This document shows, one piece after another, positions 25,037 to 37,984 of a stretch of 64,000 nt of DNA. The position numbers were made by a program, and so were the translations under genes. The notes under the pieces are model-generated. The model made no database searches. It worked only from the letters and a program-made list of their open reading frames with translations, and was not told the origin of the DNA. Position 1 is the stretch's first letter. Every line of letters starts with the position of its first letter. The DNA is from Harriotta raleighana (taxonomy: Eukaryota): NCBI GenBank assembly GCA_050575255.1, contig JBNZDD010013683.1:1276191-1340190 (forward strand). The letters run 5' to 3'.

Positions 25037-25115
25037 GACTGTGAAGCACTCTGGGATGCTACCCTGCATGACCATCCGGCATGGATGGTACTATATAAAT
25101 CCAAGTTGTTGTTGG
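25037..25115 (+). mobile_element. L2 3' tail (type B)
   Basis: catccggcatggatggtactatataaatccaagttgttgttg. Confidence 0.65.
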
Positions 25116-25319
25116 TGGTAGTTATGATGTTCAATGATGACCAACTGTTCAAGAAAATTTCATACATTTCATGCTGTGGGTAATAATTCTGAGGGATAAA
25201 TCCTAACACAACATATTAACATGTTAATGGTTTGGGAAAATGTACTTCACACCTTTGGCGGTGTGAACCAACACATGTCCATTTCAGGCTTTCTGTTCAT
25301 CCAGTACATTTTCATCCAT

Positions 25320-25379
25320 CTCGGGACATCCTCTCTCGATGTGAAAGGCTCTCTATAAATGTAATTTTGTTGTTGTTGT
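25320..25379 (+). mobile_element. L2 3' tail (type A)
   Basis: gggacatcctctctcgatgtgaaaggctctctataaatgtaattttgttgttgttg. Confidence 0.75.
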
Positions 25380-27282
25380 ACATGTACAGTATTTGTTTCC
25401 AAATCCCACTGCAAAGATTGAAATACTTAAATTTGTAATCTAAATATAATTTTTAACGTGAACAACTTTATAGATGTTTGGGGTTAATATTTTTCCTCCT
25501 CCCCCTCCCTCCCTGGCTTAAAGTGGTGAAAAATCATTTTCTATTAGTGTTAATTAATAAGTCGATAGTTTCAATTTGATAATGGATCATTTCCTTGTCT
25601 GTATTAGTGTAATTACAGCTGAACATAAGATTTCTGGTACAGTAACTTTATCAATTGCTTCATTACTCTTGTCCATAAATACATTTATAGTTGAAACAGT
25701 CGCTTCCCCGTTCCATGCAGAGTTCTGCATTAGAATCACCTCATTCAGAATCTGTTTCTCAGGGCCAATGTAACTTCAATTTTTTTTCCCTGTAATAGAT
25801 TTTTTTCACCCTATAATGCGGTATAATCTTCTGTAACAAATGGAAAGTGTGCTTTTATTGGAGAAAATTCGCATTTGGAGATTCTAAAGGTGTTATTTTA
25901 GGAACCAGATAAATCTTTCTCACAAGCCATGAGAGTTTTATGAATGTGGGCTGTGGTATCGTGCTGAGCAATGCAAAAAATATGAAGTGTATTCCTTTTT
26001 GTTTAACGAATGTAATATATCCAATTAATTTTCTTGTACTGTGAAACTGTGACATATACTTTGTCTCTTGTACTCCATCTCCTCTTGCTGGGGTCTATTT
26101 CCATATACTTTCTCCAGTTCTCCAGTGTTTCTAAGTGTTTCTCTGCCTTGAGTGTCAGTGGTTACCCAAGTTTAGAGTTTGTCACAGCTGAGCATCATCT
26201 CTCCCCACCCAACTACCCAGCTACGTGTATGCATTAGTATTGGAGGCTTCTACAAGAAGGTTCAGGAGCAGTAAACTTGGTTGATTTTATGCTTCCAAAC
26301 CATGAGATAAACCAGTTCCAGTTTGCTCACAATCCACAGATTGGGATTCAAACCAACTGTAGATCCAGGTCCTGCACCATTCGAATTGCCCCTAATTCAA
26401 CTCTTTTTAATTATTTTATTATTTTTCACATTTATTGATGTACTATGGACAAAAGTCGTGTTTAATTCTATGTCATTCAAGGTGAATTAAGCAACTGTAA
26501 CTAAACACAACTATCATTTGAGTATAATTCAGTTTTTGAACGGTGATTGCACTGGTTTCATTTTATGATCACAATCTCAAAATATCTGTCCTCTTCTCTG
26601 TTTACATATAACTGTTCAGATCATAGTCCTAATAGTGTATTCAAGTGCTTCACAGATCATATTTACTGACTCGCTGCATCAAAGACACTTTTAGATGTAA
26701 AATATTTCATTTAACAGAGCAGAGGAATTAAGATGTCACTTCAGAGCATGCAATGGAACTGTGGCAAGCTTAAATCATTTTGAAATGGAGGCATTCTGTG
26801 GAAAGTTATTGTATCAATTTTTCACATAAGAATTGAGATGATTAGATCTAATGAACACCATATATATTGCCGCATATGAGCCATGAATATCAGAATTGAA
26901 GTATAATCTCTTTCAAAGGGATTTAAAGTTCTCGGTATTTCTATGAATCCAGGTGGAAATAAGCTCTCTTAAATAGATTTTCTGATTTCTTCAGGATCTT
27001 TTTGCTTTGGCAGAGTTAGCTGTACAAGAACTGAAAAAACACTACAGTGGATATTACGTGCGCTGGAGACTGTCAGCCATTGAATAAACCTTCAATCGGG
27101 GGGTTATAACTGGTGTTTCATCACTTAAAGTACCGCTCTCCGGTGGATGGGGTTAATCTTCTGAACAAAATACAGAGGTGTGGAAGTTCTTGAAATTCAG
27201 AAGCAGCAATTCTTCTTGTGTCTTTACTTTTGGGAAAAACAAACACTGTTTGATTGGACTTTCTTTAGACGTTTTGCCAACA

Positions 27283-27370
27283 ATCCACTTTACTGTGAAA
27301 CGCTTTGAGATGTCTCGACGACGTCATAAATTGCCATATCAAACCCAAGTAGCACTGTTGTTGCTATTAC
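27283..27370 (+). mobile_element. SINE 3' tail fragment
   Basis: ctgtgaaacgctttgagatgtctcgacgacg...atatcaaa. Confidence 0.6.
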
Positions 27371-27834
27371 CATAAGGGAAGTCATTGCTGAGGAAAAGAA
27401 CATTGCAGTATTTGCTTTCTGCATTTACTATTAACATCAAACATTCTCGGATCAGGTGCAGCACAAATTAATTGGCTGTAAAGTTAAATTTCCTAGTTAT
27501 CACCCATAGCTCCAACCTCAGAAATGAACCATTACCAGCATCTCTAAGTACAACTGCCTATTTAAAGTTTAACTTGATCATGTGAATTAGCTGTAGCTCG
27601 GTGCTACGGACCTGTATCCAGTCATTACTGATAGATCTCAACCACTGGATCATCACCATTGCTTTTCGATCATCCCACGTATTTAACTCCCACCTCTTTG
27701 TGATTCAGGTTGATGTGAAAGCACTTCTTTCCACACACTGTTCCTCCTTGCTACCTTGGCAAATGGTGACTGTACCTTTCCACTGGCATTGGTTTTAAGG
27801 AAAACACCCTGGCAAAGAAAATGGGGATTCTGTA

Positions 27835-28556
27835 CAGGCGGTCCTCAAGTTACGTCAGGGTTAGGTTCCTAAGATGTGGTGTAAGTCGAATTTGTATGTA
27901 AGTCGAGTCACCCCCCTATAATGCTTACAGTAACATACAGTGATTGGTTATAGTGTACAGTGAGCTGCCCTCTCTCCCCTGCACCCCTCCTAATATGTAC
28001 AGTGCTGTAAATAAAATAAAATATTACTATACTTACATGGCTTCATTGTGAGTCTGGCACTCGATGTAGCGCAACACAGGAGATCACACGCGATGTAGCG
28101 CAACACAGGAGATCACACGTGACGTAGCGCAACACAGGAGATCACACGCGACGTAGCGCAACGCAGATCACATGCGACATAGCGCAACGCAGGAGATCAC
28201 ATGTGACGTAGCGCAACGCAGATCACGCGTGACATAGCGCAACGCAGATCACACGTGACGTAGCGCAGTCTAAAGGCTGGAGAGTATTGTCCCGCCGAGC
28301 TCACAGACTCACACAGTACCTGTACAGTACACACTCGCGTCTCGCCTCCATCCTGTTCCTGAACGCGTATCGTGGTCCCGTAAGTGTTGAGAGCGGCGAC
28401 TCCAGTTTTCTATCGCGCGTGGGGCAACTAAAGTATTTACATAGTAGTGTTGTAACTTCGAGAACTTGGATGTAACTCGGACGTAATTTTACTGATTTTA
28501 AGTGTCGTAACTTCGAATTGTCGTACCTCGAAACGTCGTAACTAGAGGACTGCCTG
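27835..28556. mobile_element. Non-autonomous Tc1/mariner-superfamily (pogo/Tigger-type) DNA transposon (MITE)
   Basis: TIRs CAGGCGGTCCTCAAGTTACGTC and (reverse complement) CAGGCAGTCCTCTAGTTACGAC, 19/22 matching; TA target duplication at 27833-34 and 28557-58; subterminal gtaagtcga/cgtaactcg repeats like Tigger5/MER47; no transposase ORF. Confidence 0.9.
28062..28268 (+). repeat. CpG-rich minisatellite, 29/26-bp units, about 7.5 copies
   Basis: Unit (c/t)ga(c/t)gtagcgcaac(a/g)c[agg]agatcacacg, located inside the MITE. Confidence 0.92.
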
Positions 28557-28789
28557 TATTTCAAATTGAAATGAATTGATCCTTTTTCTGTAAACATTAA
28601 GGCAGTGGTCTTCAGGCTAATAAAGCCGATGAGAAATTTCAGGTAGGCCCCTGGTGGTTTCATTCAATGTGGTGATTGGAATCAGCAGTGCTTTGGAAAG
28701 CTATACAACCATTTGCATTGACGAGCAAAGCTTCTTATTGCTGGTTAAGTTATTTAGCTTATCAGGACAAGAAGAGATGCCAAGAACAG

Positions 28790-29020
28790 TAAACCTGCTG
28801 AGTGCACTTGAATGCGAAGGATCGGATTTTAGTGACTCAAGGCCAATTGAGTGATTCTCTGTGGGGTCACGCAGTTCAGGATCACTTTGGTTGAAGCAAA
28901 AATTGGCTCAGTAGCTCTGCAGCACTAACTTTAGAAATTGGAGGATTAGTCAGGTCGTGGTCTCGCAATCACCTGCATGCTACTGCATCCAAGACTGTCA
29001 AGTGAAAATGGATTACCATT
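28790..29020 (+). mobile_element. Ancient SINE remnant (shark-type family)
   Basis: aattggctcagtagctctg...gattagtcaggtcgtggtctcgcaatc resembles the family seen in reverse at 58690-59190. Confidence 0.35.
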
Positions 29021-29349
29021 TTTCAATGCCATCGGCAATTGCAGTCTATTCTATTCCAGAGCAATCCTGATAAGAGCAAGTTTTATCCATGGATAGATTT
29101 GTCCCCGTTCATTTGGACGGACTAAATTGCTGAGGAAAGCGAGCTGCTTTTTTTTTCAGAGGAAAAATAAATTGTTTTCTTCTGTTCCACTATACAAACC
29201 ATGATAGCAAAGATGCTGTGGCCATCTTAGAGAGATGCTTAACTGTAATAGATTTTGCTTTCAGAAAGTTAGTGTGTTTGCCCTTATTTATTTCGCCACT
29301 TGATAAATCAAATACTCAGATGGTAACAGCATTGAGTCGGGTTGGAACG

Positions 29350-29551
29350 GCTCTAGAATTGGTTAAGAAAAGTAGAAAGGTGAATTCTTGAATTGATGGT
29401 GTGTGTGTGTAGTAGGCAGAAGAAAATGAACTTGCTCTTTTTAAGAATNAGCTCTAGAATTGGTTAAGAAAAGTAGAAAGATGAATTCTTGAATTGATGG
29501 TGTGTGTGTGTGTAGTAGGCAGAAGAAAATGAACTTGCTCTTTTTAAGAAT
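29350..29551. other. ~100-bp tandem duplication around a single N (probable haplotype/assembly artefact)
   Basis: 29350-29448 vs 29451-29551, N at 29449; the copies differ by one G/A and one GT unit. Confidence 0.85.
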
Positions 29552-30989
29552 CTATAATACATGTTTTACTCATTTATCATATGAGGATATCATAGAACAA
29601 AGCCACAGTTTCAAAAAATAATGCTTCAAATATTAGGATAAATCACTCACTTAATAATCCTTTCCTTTACAGTAAAGTAGCCAATGTAAAAGTGCCATCG
29701 TTCAAACATTACTCTCGTAACTATAGTGTATTGAGGTCATGGCTTGAATGTTCAGACTAAATTCTCTGAGTTCTGAATCAGTCTATAATGTCCTTGTATG
29801 AATTTTGTTGGAATCAATCTTCTGGAAAACTATGATTCCTTTGGCAGAGATCCAAAGGGCAACGTGGGACAGAATATTGATCTCATGTGGGGATGGTTTA
29901 AATACCACAAGGAATATGATAGCACATGTGTTGTTGTCTAGTTGTGAAGTATGGTATAATGATGGTCTATGGATTTTGTTTGTGGAATTCTGCCTGTTAA
30001 GTATAAAGAAATGAAAACAAGCCAAACCTATAAGTATGACACATTCTGTTTACTGCGTCAACAACATTGCAATAAGACGGCAACTTGATACAATCAGGGT
30101 GAAGTAGATACGCCTTTTGTGAGATTATGCAACATAGAAAACTGCACAGAAACAATATTATGGATCAGCATATTTTACAGCTCCATAACATAAAATATAA
30201 ATCAGCAGCAGCCTTTCAGCACACCAATCTTAATCAAAAATACCCCTCTTCCATTTGAGTTTGATCTCCTCCACATTAGCCTGTTTCCTAAAAGATATGC
30301 AACACAGTGAAATGCAACATAAATCAAATATTTTCTGCAGCATTTGAGTTGAAAACATTTAAAGACTTTGAAAATAGCTCACTCTGTAGAAAACATGTGG
30401 AAACAAGTTTGTTTGCAAACAACTTACTGAAAGCAATCAGAGGATTGGTGAATCCACTACACACTTAAAGAAATGCTATGCAGCTGGGATCAAAATGAAA
30501 AGCATGGTAACTAGCTCTTACAGGCAGAGTGCTATGAAATTTCCCATTGCAGGACAACTTACTCAAATGGGAAGAAACTCATAATAGCACAAATTGTGGC
30601 TTGAAGATGTTTCGATATTTTACATCACCACAAACAAGAATTGTGTGTATTTTTAATGGTATCTGCAGGTTAAGATTGCGTTTAAAATGTCCCATTTGTA
30701 GTCATGGATAGTCGATCAATGTGGGTCGAAGTGCACAAAGTATCAGATTTTATTCTCAGGACCCACTTGGGTGAGTTACTGCATTCAATTTCAGAATACT
30801 TTTTCATTGTACATTGTACTACACTTGTGTTTTTTGTTGTTAATGGTCAGTTGATAACATCTCAAATATTCAGCCTCACACACCAATAAACAGCCAGTCT
30901 GATATTAGCGAAAAGAACTCTGCACATAACCTTACATATGCTTTGTTCAGAACTTCCTTCAATCTCTGATGAGAACTATTTGGAGCAGA

Positions 30990-31240
30990 TAACCATATCA
31001 TACCATTTCAGCACTATAAAAAGTGGCATAAATCCAGCCTGGACCGATAAAATTATGCTGTCTGCTCCCTGCCAGATCCTAAGTGAAATGTGTTTGGACA
31101 GTTCCAACTCAGTTCCTAGAGGGCATCAGCCTTTGGTGCAAATCTGCCCATCATTTACAGCTAATTGGCACTGATTCCACACTCATCCAGAGAAAACTCA
31201 ACCATGAGAATGACTGATTAAATGGAATATCGCATGGGTT
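30990..31240 (+). mobile_element. LF-SINE-like ancient SINE remnant
   Basis: Ordered motifs AATCCAGCC, CCTAaGTGAAATGtGTT, CAGTTCCTAGaGG, CCATCA and CTAATTGGCAC match my recollection of the LF-SINE consensus. Confidence 0.55.
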
Positions 31241-31375
31241 TAAGCATCGGTCTTCATCCATTTTAAGTGTTACATGGAATAATCCACAGTCCTCCAAATC
31301 TCATACGCCACAGATTATTTCCACATTGCTTTCCGCAATAAAAAAAAATTCTAACTACTTCTTTCAAATAGTAAA

Positions 31376-31490
31376 AATAATAATAATAATTCTCGCCTTT
31401 GATAACAGTGTCTGATCACATCACCGAAACATCTTCAAAGCTTCTCAAGGCATTTATTGCAGAGTGTAGTAACTGTTCATTTGTAGTCAC
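31376..31490 (-). mobile_element. SINE 3' tail fragment, diverged
   Basis: aataataataattctcgcctttgata...tcaaagcttctca...gtgtagtaactg. Confidence 0.6.
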
Positions 31491-32579
31491 TATTTCTGTC
31501 ACCAAAGTCAGCAAGCACAAGAATGTTAGGACCTGAGAGACATCCGATTGCAGAAATGCAGTGGATGTGGGAACAAACTTCTCATTAAAAAAAAAGCACC
31601 TGATGTATTTTCTAACTCTGTTTCAAAGGAATTTAATATGCAGTATTTCAAAAATAATAGTAAGATTATTGAGATGACTTGCAGATCGTAGGGTAAGACT
31701 GCATCCACGGTTTTCATTTGGTTCCTGTCAGCTAATGTAAGAATTATTGGTCTTTTCTTTGAGTTTTTGATCTGTGTTCACTCGTATCTTTCAGAGGGAG
31801 ATTTATTTCTGTTTAATATCATATGCGGTGCATAGGCTTCCACAGGCTAAAAAGGCTATTTTCTATTTCGAACTCAAATGTGTTCTTAAAACACTCCTTT
31901 TTTATTTACATGGTCTTATCCGTACTGTTAGCTGTGAGTAATAAGATCATCCAGAGGGACATTCATTATAACAATGTATAACACAATTAGCACTACATTC
32001 ATTCTTTCCAATTCAATTCTCCACTCAATTCAAGGTATCTGTCTCTCTGCCAGTTGCAATCGCCTCCAAATGATGGGATCATTGGATTTATTTCATCATG
32101 TAGCACAATGCTAATTCCAACTGCTCTTATATTTATCATTATCCTCTTGAAAGGTTCATTCAGCGCTATTGGCTATTACAGAATCCCTTACTTGTCCTGT
32201 TGTGTCTTGTTCTATCCTTGTTTCTGGTGTCGAACAGCAAAATATGCCTGCACTGGGAGGCAGTGGACAGATACCAAGAGAATTGTTCAAAGCTACAGGA
32301 ACAGTGTAAGTTATAAATTGTTTTACAGACCCAGGCCACCACAGGTGGCATTTCAGAAGGCTCTGCCAAGCTACAAAATGACATTCACTGGGAGATTTCA
32401 TTGCTGGAAGCTGCAGAAGAGACTGCTCTGATGGTAAATGTCCTTCTAGACCAGATAGACTGGCCAATTATTTGGAGATTGAGCTTTAATAAACAGATGA
32501 CAGTGGATATCCATGATTAGCTCAAAAAGGAGCTCTTTACTCTGATTGGGCTTGTAATGGCAACAGCAAATTAGTCACT

Positions 32580-32730
32580 TGGGCAGATTGCTTTATCACT
32601 TATGGGACCTAGGTTTCAATCCAATCCAACTGATTTGATGAAAGTAGTATTCCCCTTCCTACTAGCTGTAAATGTGTTTGAGGTAGACTTGAGCCAGTTC
32701 TAAATGGATACAAACATGCACAACAGCACT
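32580..32730 (+). mobile_element. Second LF-SINE-like remnant
   Basis: gacctaggtttcaatccaatcca...gaaagt...aaatgtgtttg...agccagttctaaatgga parallels 31030-31125. Confidence 0.4.
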
Positions 32731-32872
32731 ACTCACTATATAAATGAACAATTATAATTCACCTTGTCCCATTCTAAATCACAATGTACAATGTTGTACA
32801 ATTCCTACATTTGGAACATGTGTGTTGGAGGCCGGTGGGTATGTCAGAATGAAATTTGATGATGTGACAGTC

Positions 32873-32940
32873 AAGCAACAATAATGAAAAACTTGCATTT
32901 ATATAGCGCCCCTCACACAGGATAACATCCCAGAGCACTT
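32873..32940 (-). mobile_element. L2-type 3' tail
   Basis: aacttgcatttatatagcgcccctcac...catcccagagcactt. Confidence 0.7.
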
Positions 32941-32989
32941 ACTCACCAATCGCCCTATCATAAGTTCCATATTTTGCATGATTGCTCTT

Positions 32990-33070
32990 GAATTAATTCT
33001 TTTCAAAGAGCCGGCACAGACTCGATGGGTCGAATGGAATCCTTTTGTGCTGTAAAATCCTAAGAATCTA
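32990..33070 (+). mobile_element. CR1 (HE1/HER1-like) 3' tail
   Basis: tttcaaagagccggcacagactcgatgggtcgaatgg...ttttgtgctgtaaaatcctaagaatcta, a chondrichthyan CR1-type 3' end. Confidence 0.7.
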
Positions 33071-35403
33071 GGGTCATCCAAGTGAATTCTCCATTAATTT
33101 CAGAAACTGTAACAGCTGACATTAAAATACCTGCTAACATCAGAATTTTATTTGATTTAATTAGAAACAGATTGATTCCATTACATTCCATTACCATGAA
33201 AAAAGCATCACAGGCATTGCGCGCATTGAAATAACTCTTAACGCTGGAGGATGAATTCTGCAGTTTCCTCACTGATTTTAATTCCTCTGCCAATTCTGGT
33301 TGAATAATGCGACTAATATGATACTGCCACCTTCTCAGCAACCCTTCTGAAATAATGTCCTTTGAATCAAAGTGCTAGGGATGAGAATTTAGAGCTTGGA
33401 AAAAGATTGAGTTCGTTTTGGTTGATCTTGTATTTGATACTAATGTACCCAAACAAAGGAATCGATTATTTATTTGATGGCTGTACTGCATATGCATTCT
33501 GAAGCCCTGATAAATTGACTTGAATATAGTTCTGACTGTGGGGAATATTCATTACAATTTTGCAACTTTCAGCACAATTGTATGGTAATGCTGAAAAACT
33601 GTTGAATACCACAAAGCAACCATTTCAGTTATTTCAGTGTTGGCTAATCTGCATTTGTGCACACTGCACATAAATAGCGAGGGGCATGGAACTACGATTT
33701 TTAAAGTAATTTCAAACCATGATTTTCTTGCTAATTGCAGAAAGAAATATAAAATATGGTTTTGCCAATATGGTCTAATTTCTTGAGTAGCTCAAATAAA
33801 CACTCAATTTATAACTTTGTGAGGGTCCCACATCAACAAAAAATAAAACAACAAAATTAGACTTTTATAGCATCTGGAGGACGTCCCAAGGAGCTGACTA
33901 AATGCAAGTTGTTGCTGCTGACTAGAATGGCTGGTTTTCAGCCACTACTTCAGACCTGAGAAACCTCATGGTGAAAAGGGCATTTCATATGGATTTGATC
34001 ACTGCAAATCTGTTATAAAACATGGCATTTTTCACTCCTATAAAATATATATGTGATCTGCCAAAAGCATATTATGCTTTGAAGACAATAACAGAGCTTC
34101 CTCGACCTCGGAATGCACAAAGGATTTGTATATTTAACCAAAGAGAAAGGATTCCTATTGATGAGGAAAATAGGCTTTTATAGCTATCTTTTTCTTTCAT
34201 GTCTCGCAGGGCCACTTTGAACACAAAACACAATCCTTCATTTTGTCCTTAACATTTAAAAGAAAAAAGAAAACCCAGCACTATCTGAACATAATGTGAT
34301 CCGATTATTTGGTCATTTCAATCACTGCCTTATTAAAATATTATATCCCTTTTTCCATGTTTTGTTTTCTCCCTTTCCATTCAATCCATCCTTTATATTC
34401 CAATGCAGGGAATTTATTCTAATCTCTTAGGACATTGCAAGATGCAAAGATGCGAAAACATTACCTGTGCTGAATAGCAATACCTCTAAAAACTCAGGAG
34501 TAACAGAGAAATGCCAGGTTTATTTGTCCAGTAATTCATCAAAGCAAAGTTTCCAAACCTAAATGCTGAATCTTTCCATTAGATTTCAAAACTGAAACTC
34601 AAACTAATTGCAATCAAACACTGTGAAAACAGGTTGCGTTACAGCAATGGCCTGACCAATACTTCCTTCAGTTGCTAATGAAATCCATCTGCCTCTTCAC
34701 CTCTGACCATTATTAGTCCATCACATCTATTTAATTTTGTTGACATTCTGATTGTCAACATCCACTTCAGAAGTACACAAATGAATTAATTTGAATTTGT
34801 TTTACAAAATTGGAAACAAAAAAACTGCAGAACATCATTCATTCTGAGACTGAATTGATTGTTTCTCATTTTATACAACAATTTATAAAGGCACCAAGCC
34901 AGCTATATTTATAGAAATAGTCTGAATATTTTTGTACCATTCATTTGGCTTTCAAGTTTTTGATATACAAATGATTTACCAATTAATCCTTAGGCATGTT
35001 ATGTGATATAAAATTCCACCTACGCCTAGATTTACTCTATTAACATAGCACCCAAAATAAAGTAATTCAATCTCTTCACACAAGCCGATGCATCGTCGAT
35101 TATAGTTCTTAATTGTCCTAAGCATTTTTGGCAACAGCACTGAACTGTTATCATGCATGGACAGATTTTTAAAAATATGCTCAGATAAGATTTCATGATT
35201 GTAACTTTTTAGTGTTTGTGGGTCCTGAAATATTCTTCTTTATACCAGCTTGCTTTATTTTATAAATTATCTGATGAGCTTTTGTATTCACAACAAATAT
35301 AATGTCTAAATCAAAACCACTGGAGTACAACCTTTGTCAGGTACATCTGATGAACCATTGGCAGCTATATTTCTTCTGTCCAATTTTGCTGTGTGCTGAA
35401 ATG

Positions 35404-35480
35404 CTGATTGTCCAGCACCTTGGAACGTTCTGCTGACGTGAAAGGCGCTATACAAATGTAACTTTGCTGTGTGGTTGCTG
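35404..35480 (+). mobile_element. L2 3' tail (type A)
   Basis: cagcaccttggaacgttctgctgacgtgaaaggcgctatacaaatgtaa. Confidence 0.75.
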
Positions 35481-37459
35481 CTGCCTTGAATTGACCTTGA
35501 GTTTCAATGGTTTCGAGTTCCGTGTCCTAATGAAAAGACCAAGATTGCGCACGAGTGAATAACCAGCTGTGTGTTTGGGCAGCTTAAGTGTTTGAATATG
35601 TAAATATGTAAAGTAGTAAAAAAAACGGTTGCTGTACAACAGTTGCCGGTTCATACTTCTCCGACGTGTCACCTTGATTTCTACTCTGGGGGTCTCAATC
35701 AGCTAGAAGTACTTATACCATATTACAGTATTCACGTTTGGATTGACACTGAAATGAGAAATTTGGAGTCACGTTTGAGAGCTTCCTGGCAATTATGATT
35801 TCATTTTTATTTATTTCCAATCAACAGTTGCGGCAGCTTTCAGGAACTTTTACTGCTTGCACTAGATTATATTTCAATGCCTTGTACGCATTTCTTGAAC
35901 ATCTCCAAACAGACAGTGCAATTCTGCAACATCCATTCTTCCACTACGCATTCTTATTAATATAGGAACTTAGGAGGAGGAGTAAGTGTATTTACCGGAC
36001 TTTTGTCCATATCTCTTCCCCAACAAATATCCTTTAGCCTCAGAGTGTAAAATTCCAATCGAACCAACATCCAAAGGCTTCTGGAAGACAGCCCAACGCT
36101 TTGTGTGCAAAAAAAATTGAAAAGTGAAAAGATCTTGTGGAGCAAGGAGACCATCTCCTGTGTTTTGGGAATGCCCTGGCAATTTGAATCACTTCTCCTT
36201 TTAATATTTCTAACTAGTGCATTGTATTTTTGACACAATTAAGAAACAAATGGGATTGATCTCCTCCTATCAGGTTAGCTTTGCATCTTCCGTTATGTAA
36301 TGAAGATGTGAGCCACAGTATGTGTAATACTGATCAGCTTTTTTACTTTCAGAAAAGTTTGCTAATCTTTCAAAAGTTCAGTCTCACAGCGGGAATACAA
36401 TGATGGAATATTGAATCCAAAGAAACAGGATCATGCATCTTTGCCCTAGTATTTTGATCTAATCAAGATTTGATGTATGACCCACATTCAATCAGTTAAT
36501 CAATATCATGAACATGGTAAATTTTGAATTTTACAAACATAAGGAAAGAAAGCTTCTTTGAAAAGAAAAAGAGATTGGCACTTTTTGTGAAAACGTGTTT
36601 TTTGTGTGGGAAATGAACACAAGAAACTTTTTTTTTTTAAATCATGAAAGCATCTAATCTGACACTTCTCTCAGGAAATGAGTGTTGTTTTTATTTGTTG
36701 TGAAAGGGCAGCAGCCATGAAGGTGTATCTGAATAATAGAAAGATTCATGTGTAGGAATTCACTTTGGGGCTGCAAAACAAAATTCATCCCACATAGAAA
36801 AATAATATGATGATGCCTCAAGCCATGGCAAATTACAGAAAATCTGTATCCATGTTAACACAACCAAAATGCAATTCAACCCGATATTTCACAATGTGAC
36901 ATTATCGGCAATTTTTCATTATTGCTGAATATTTCACCCAAGTGCAAGTCTGTTGAATTTAAAATTTGCAAATTATTCAAGAAAACCAGAATGCGTGCCA
37001 AGTTATGCAACAAAGAAATGTGACGAATAACTCCTTCCTGAAAATGTCTTGAGACAAAGCACCTGTGAGATGTCTCAGGTGTGTAGTACTGTATTTAGTT
37101 TCTGTTCAGATCAAATTGCTCAGTGTGCGATGACATGGGCCCTGATACAAAGATCTACAAAATGGATGCTCCATCTGCATTTTATAAAATCCTTGTTCCA
37201 AGTTAGTTTACCATTTCTTGGCAAACCATTAGCATTTAACATTCAATTATATCACAAGAGTAAGGAGATTATAACAAAAAGCATATTTAGGTTATTGTTT
37301 CTGAGACATACTTGGACAAATGCTGGAACATTCCGCTTGTCATCCAGCCAGCAGTAAAGTACTTTCTGGCTTTCAGAAGAAAAGAAAAGCAAGGACAGGA
37401 GTTTAATTTATCCTCTACCTCAATGCTCGTGCTGAGAAAACTTTGACTCAGTTTTTAGC

Positions 37460-37528
37460 AATCCTTGCCTTTAATATGGCGCTTTTCATATGTTCTAGAT
37501 ATCTCAAAGCGCTTCACAGAATATACAT
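37460..37528 (-). mobile_element. SINE 3' tail fragment
   Basis: aatccttgcctttaatatggcgcttttcatatgttctagatatctcaaagcgcttcacagaatatac. Confidence 0.8.
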
Positions 37529-37984
37529 ATAATCTGCACACATTTAACCAAGGGATTTCAAACAAAATAACAAATATACATGTACTGTATATACAAAACA
37601 TCTTGTTATCATAAGCACCACTACCAGATCAGTCCAGATCAGTACAGAAATGTTCCATTTGAGATTACAGATTAGCTCTCAACCCTTGTTTCCTCGCAAT
37701 ACCTTGCAATAACTAGCAAAAAAATAATGGTGAACTTTATTCTCGAAAGAGACAACAGATACACTTGAGTGCGACCTAGGTCAGTCTTTCTGGCTTCTTC
37801 CACCTTATCACAATACTCTGGTTCTGCAGGGATTGCTGCTATTATTCCAACAGGGCCTGCCACAACCACACTCACAGTACAGGAGACAAATTATATCTAT
37901 TCACGTGCTGCCCCGTTAACCTGCACCGGCTGCTACTTGATGATTCAACAGGAAACATTTCCTCTGTTGCTTTGAGGCGTCAGT

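Noticed and set aside
28062-28268. 29-bp repeat array as a CRISPR array
   Set aside because: Units are contiguous with no unique spacers, no cas genes are present, the context is eukaryotic and the array lies inside a MITE
32054-32431. 125-aa ORF with a hydrophobic segment after an acceptor-like site
   Set aside because: No recognisable homology, weak donor and a non-ATG start; hydrophobicity is expected from T-rich DNA
37672-37875. Protein-like ORF (VVVAGPVGIIAAIPAEPEYCDKVEE...)
   Set aside because: No convincing splice sites and no family recognised
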